Positions 62,237-64,000 of a DNA stretch of 64,000 nt are shown here, piece after piece. The stretch comes from Candidatus Omnitrophota bacterium (GTDB taxonomy: Bacteria > Omnitrophota > Gorgyraeia > Zapsychrales > Zapsychraceae). Under the pieces are notes generated by a model. That model was not told the origin of the DNA, ran no database searches, and saw only the letters and a program-made list of their open reading frames with translations. Every line of letters begins with the position of its first letter. Positions within the stretch are counted from its first letter, which is position 1. Location: positions 64,993 through 128,992 of the forward strand of contig JANQMA010000017.1 in NCBI GenBank assembly GCA_028280285.1, in the 5' to 3' direction. The translations under genes and the position numbers were made by a program.

Positions 62237-63385
62237 ATGTTCCATTCTATTGAAGAGGTTTTAGAAGATTTAAGACAGGGTAAGGTTATTATTGTTATGG
62301 ATGATGAAGGGCGAGAGAATGAAGGGGATTTGCTTTGCGCGGCTGAAAAAATCACACCAGATACGATTAATTTTATGGCCCGTCACGCGCGCGGCCTTAT
62401 TTGTGTACCCATGGAATCTGAGCGCTTGGATGCACTGGATCTCCATCCAATGCGCGTTGAGATGGGGCATAAGCATTTGAAGGATGATACGGCCTGGACC
62501 ATTTCAGTTGATGCATCTAAAGGTGTTACGACCGGTATTTCAGCGGCTGACCGGGCACAAACGGTTAAAACACTCATTGATTCTGAATCCACCCCAAAGG
62601 ATTTTATTACCCCTGGTCATCTTTTTCCACTCCGTGCCAAAAAAGGTGGTGTTTTAGTGCGTGCCGGGCACACAGAGGCCTCGGTTGATCTCACACGTTT
62701 GGCGGGTCTCTATCCCGCTGGTGTTATCTGTGAGATTATGAATGAAGATGGGACCATGGCACGTAATCCGGATCTTAAAAAATTCTCACAAGAACACGAC
62801 ATTAAGATTTGCACCATTGATTCATTGATTGAGTACAGACGGCAATCGGAAAAGTTAGTTAAAAAAATCGAAGAGTCAGAAATTACAACAGAGTTTGGGC
62901 CATTTAAACTGAATGTGTATAAATCTCAAGTGGATAATTCAGAGCACATCGCTTTGGTTAAAGGCGATATTAACAGTGATGAATCGACGCTTGTCCGTGT
63001 ACATGCGCAAAATGCGATTGGCGATACATTCCGTGCAACAAATGGTGGTTCGGGACGCTTACCGGCAGCGCTTAAAGCGATTCAAGAAAATGGGTCGGGA
63101 GTGCTTATCTATATGATGCAGGATAGAGAGGGCGTATCCTTATCTGATCAGGTTGCTGCGCTTAATGCCAAAAAAGAAGCGATCAAGGATGATGGCGTTG
63201 AGATGAATATTGCTTTTTCCTCAGAGCTTCGTCATTATGGGGTAGGCGCACAAATTTTGGTTGATCTAGGGGTCACGCAATTGCGCCTTTTAACCAATAA
63301 TCCACGCAAGATTGTCGGGCTGGATGGTTATGGACTGTCGATATCAGAGCGTGTTGCTCTTGAAGGAGAAAAGGTATCCGCGTAA
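62237..63385 (+). CDS. ribB: DHBP synthase fused to a degenerate GTP cyclohydrolase II domain (RibBA/RibBX)
   Basis: RENEGDL, TTGISAADR, PGHLFPL, RAGHTEA; C-domain lacks the Zn cysteines. Confidence 0.9.
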   Translation: MFHSIEEVLEDLRQGKVIIVMDDEGRENEGDLLCAAEKITPDTINFMARHARGLICVPMESERLDALDLHPMRVEMGHKHLKDDTAWTISVDASKGVTTGISAADRAQTVKTLIDSESTPKDFITPGHLFPLRAKKGGVLVRAGHTEASVDLTRLAGLYPAGVICEIMNEDGTMARNPDLKKFSQEHDIKICTIDSLIEYRRQSEKLVKKIEESEITTEFGPFKLNVYKSQVDNSEHIALVKGDINSDESTLVRVHAQNAIGDTFRATNGGSGRLPAALKAIQENGSGVLIYMMQDREGVSLSDQVAALNAKKEAIKDDGVEMNIAFSSELRHYGVGAQILVDLGVTQLRLLTNNPRKIVGLDGYGLSISERVALEGEKVSA

Positions 63386-63399
63386 TGTTTAGGTGATCT

Positions 63400-63873
63400 A
63401 TGAAAATTATAGAAGGCCAATTAAAAGCCAAGAACAAGAAGATAGCCATTGTTGTTGCGCGGTTTAATGAGTTTATTACCAAGCGTTTATTAGATGGGTG
63501 CTTGGATGAATTGAAGAAACTTGGTGTGGCCGATAAAAATATAACGATTGTGTGGGTGCCGGGGGCTTTTGAAATTCCTGTGACGGCGGCAAAAATTGCG
63601 GCTAAACCGTATCATGCGGTTATTTGTTTAGGGTGTATTTTAAAAGGTGAAACCGATCATTATGATCTGGTTGCACAAGGGGCAACGCAAGGTATTGCAG
63701 AGGTATCGCTCAAAGCCGGTAAACCGGTTATTTTTGAAGTGCTTGCCTGTGAAACGGTTGAGCTCGCCGATAAGCGTTCTAAACCTAAGGGTAATAACAA
63801 AGGACGCGACGCAGCCCAAGTAGCATTAGAAATGATTGATACTCTTTCTCAGATCAATAAGGATGGGAAATAG
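63400..63873 (+). CDS. ribH: 6,7-dimethyl-8-ribityllumazine synthase
   Basis: ARFNEFIT, VPGAFEIP, GETDHYD, NKG. Confidence 0.96.
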   Translation: MKIIEGQLKAKNKKIAIVVARFNEFITKRLLDGCLDELKKLGVADKNITIVWVPGAFEIPVTAAKIAAKPYHAVICLGCILKGETDHYDLVAQGATQGIAEVSLKAGKPVIFEVLACETVELADKRSKPKGNNKGRDAAQVALEMIDTLSQINKDGK

Positions 63874-63880
63874 CTAATGC

Positions 63881-63948
63881 CGTACTTCGGACATCGTACT
63901 TAGTACATCGTAGATTCACGACGTACGACGTACGAAAAACGAAGTACG
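63881..63948 (+). repeat. Heptamer-arm hairpin (CGTACWT / ANGTACG)
   Basis: cgtactt cggacat cgtactt agtacat cgt ... acg acgtacg acgtacg aaaaacg aagtacg. Confidence 0.8.
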
Positions 63949-63972
63949 CTTTAGAACTTTACTTATAAAATT

Positions 63973-64000
63973 ATGCGCAAAAGGACATTAGCCAGAGAAT
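63973..64000 (+). CDS. nusB: Start of probable NusB (truncated by the window)
   Basis: MRKRTLARE directly after ribH, matching conserved ribH-nusB synteny. Confidence 0.65.

Noticed and set aside
1654-63948. CRISPR arrays
   Set aside because: The repeats are 7-9-mers in inverted arms with no unique spacers; no cas genes.

Overview
Bacterial chromosomal window, almost entirely + strand. The gene content (giant secreted protein, homodimeric GlyRS, TMTC-like protein, Cys-rich Flp-type pilin) suggests a PVC-group organism such as Ca. Omnitrophota; this is inference. The housekeeping backbone is gltD/nfnB-like, panB, a lipid A acyltransferase, glyQS, ppdK, a sigma-70 factor, apt, tRNA-Arg, rpsO-pnp, ftsK-rodZ-rimO-pgsA-pgpA, cinA, ribBA-ribH and the start of nusB. 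Three things stand out. (1) A 5272-aa secreted protein is built from about 15 AT-rich modules joined by a conserved DxASLG...DAAGL linker; modules include methyltransferase-like and PD-(D/E)xK-like domains. It is preceded by one toxin-antitoxin (TA) pair and followed by three more two-gene TA-type modules, each placed behind a copy of the giant gene's own 3' end. (2) About 15 hairpins have arms made of tandem 7-8-mers with a different unit at most sites. They sit at gene junctions; one encloses a four-helix-bundle gene and one lies in frame inside the giant gene. (3) There is a surface-modification island after tRNA-Arg, a ParA-CBM48 fusion and a 1425-aa Cys-rich pilin-like protein. No database search could be run, so family calls rest on motif recognition.
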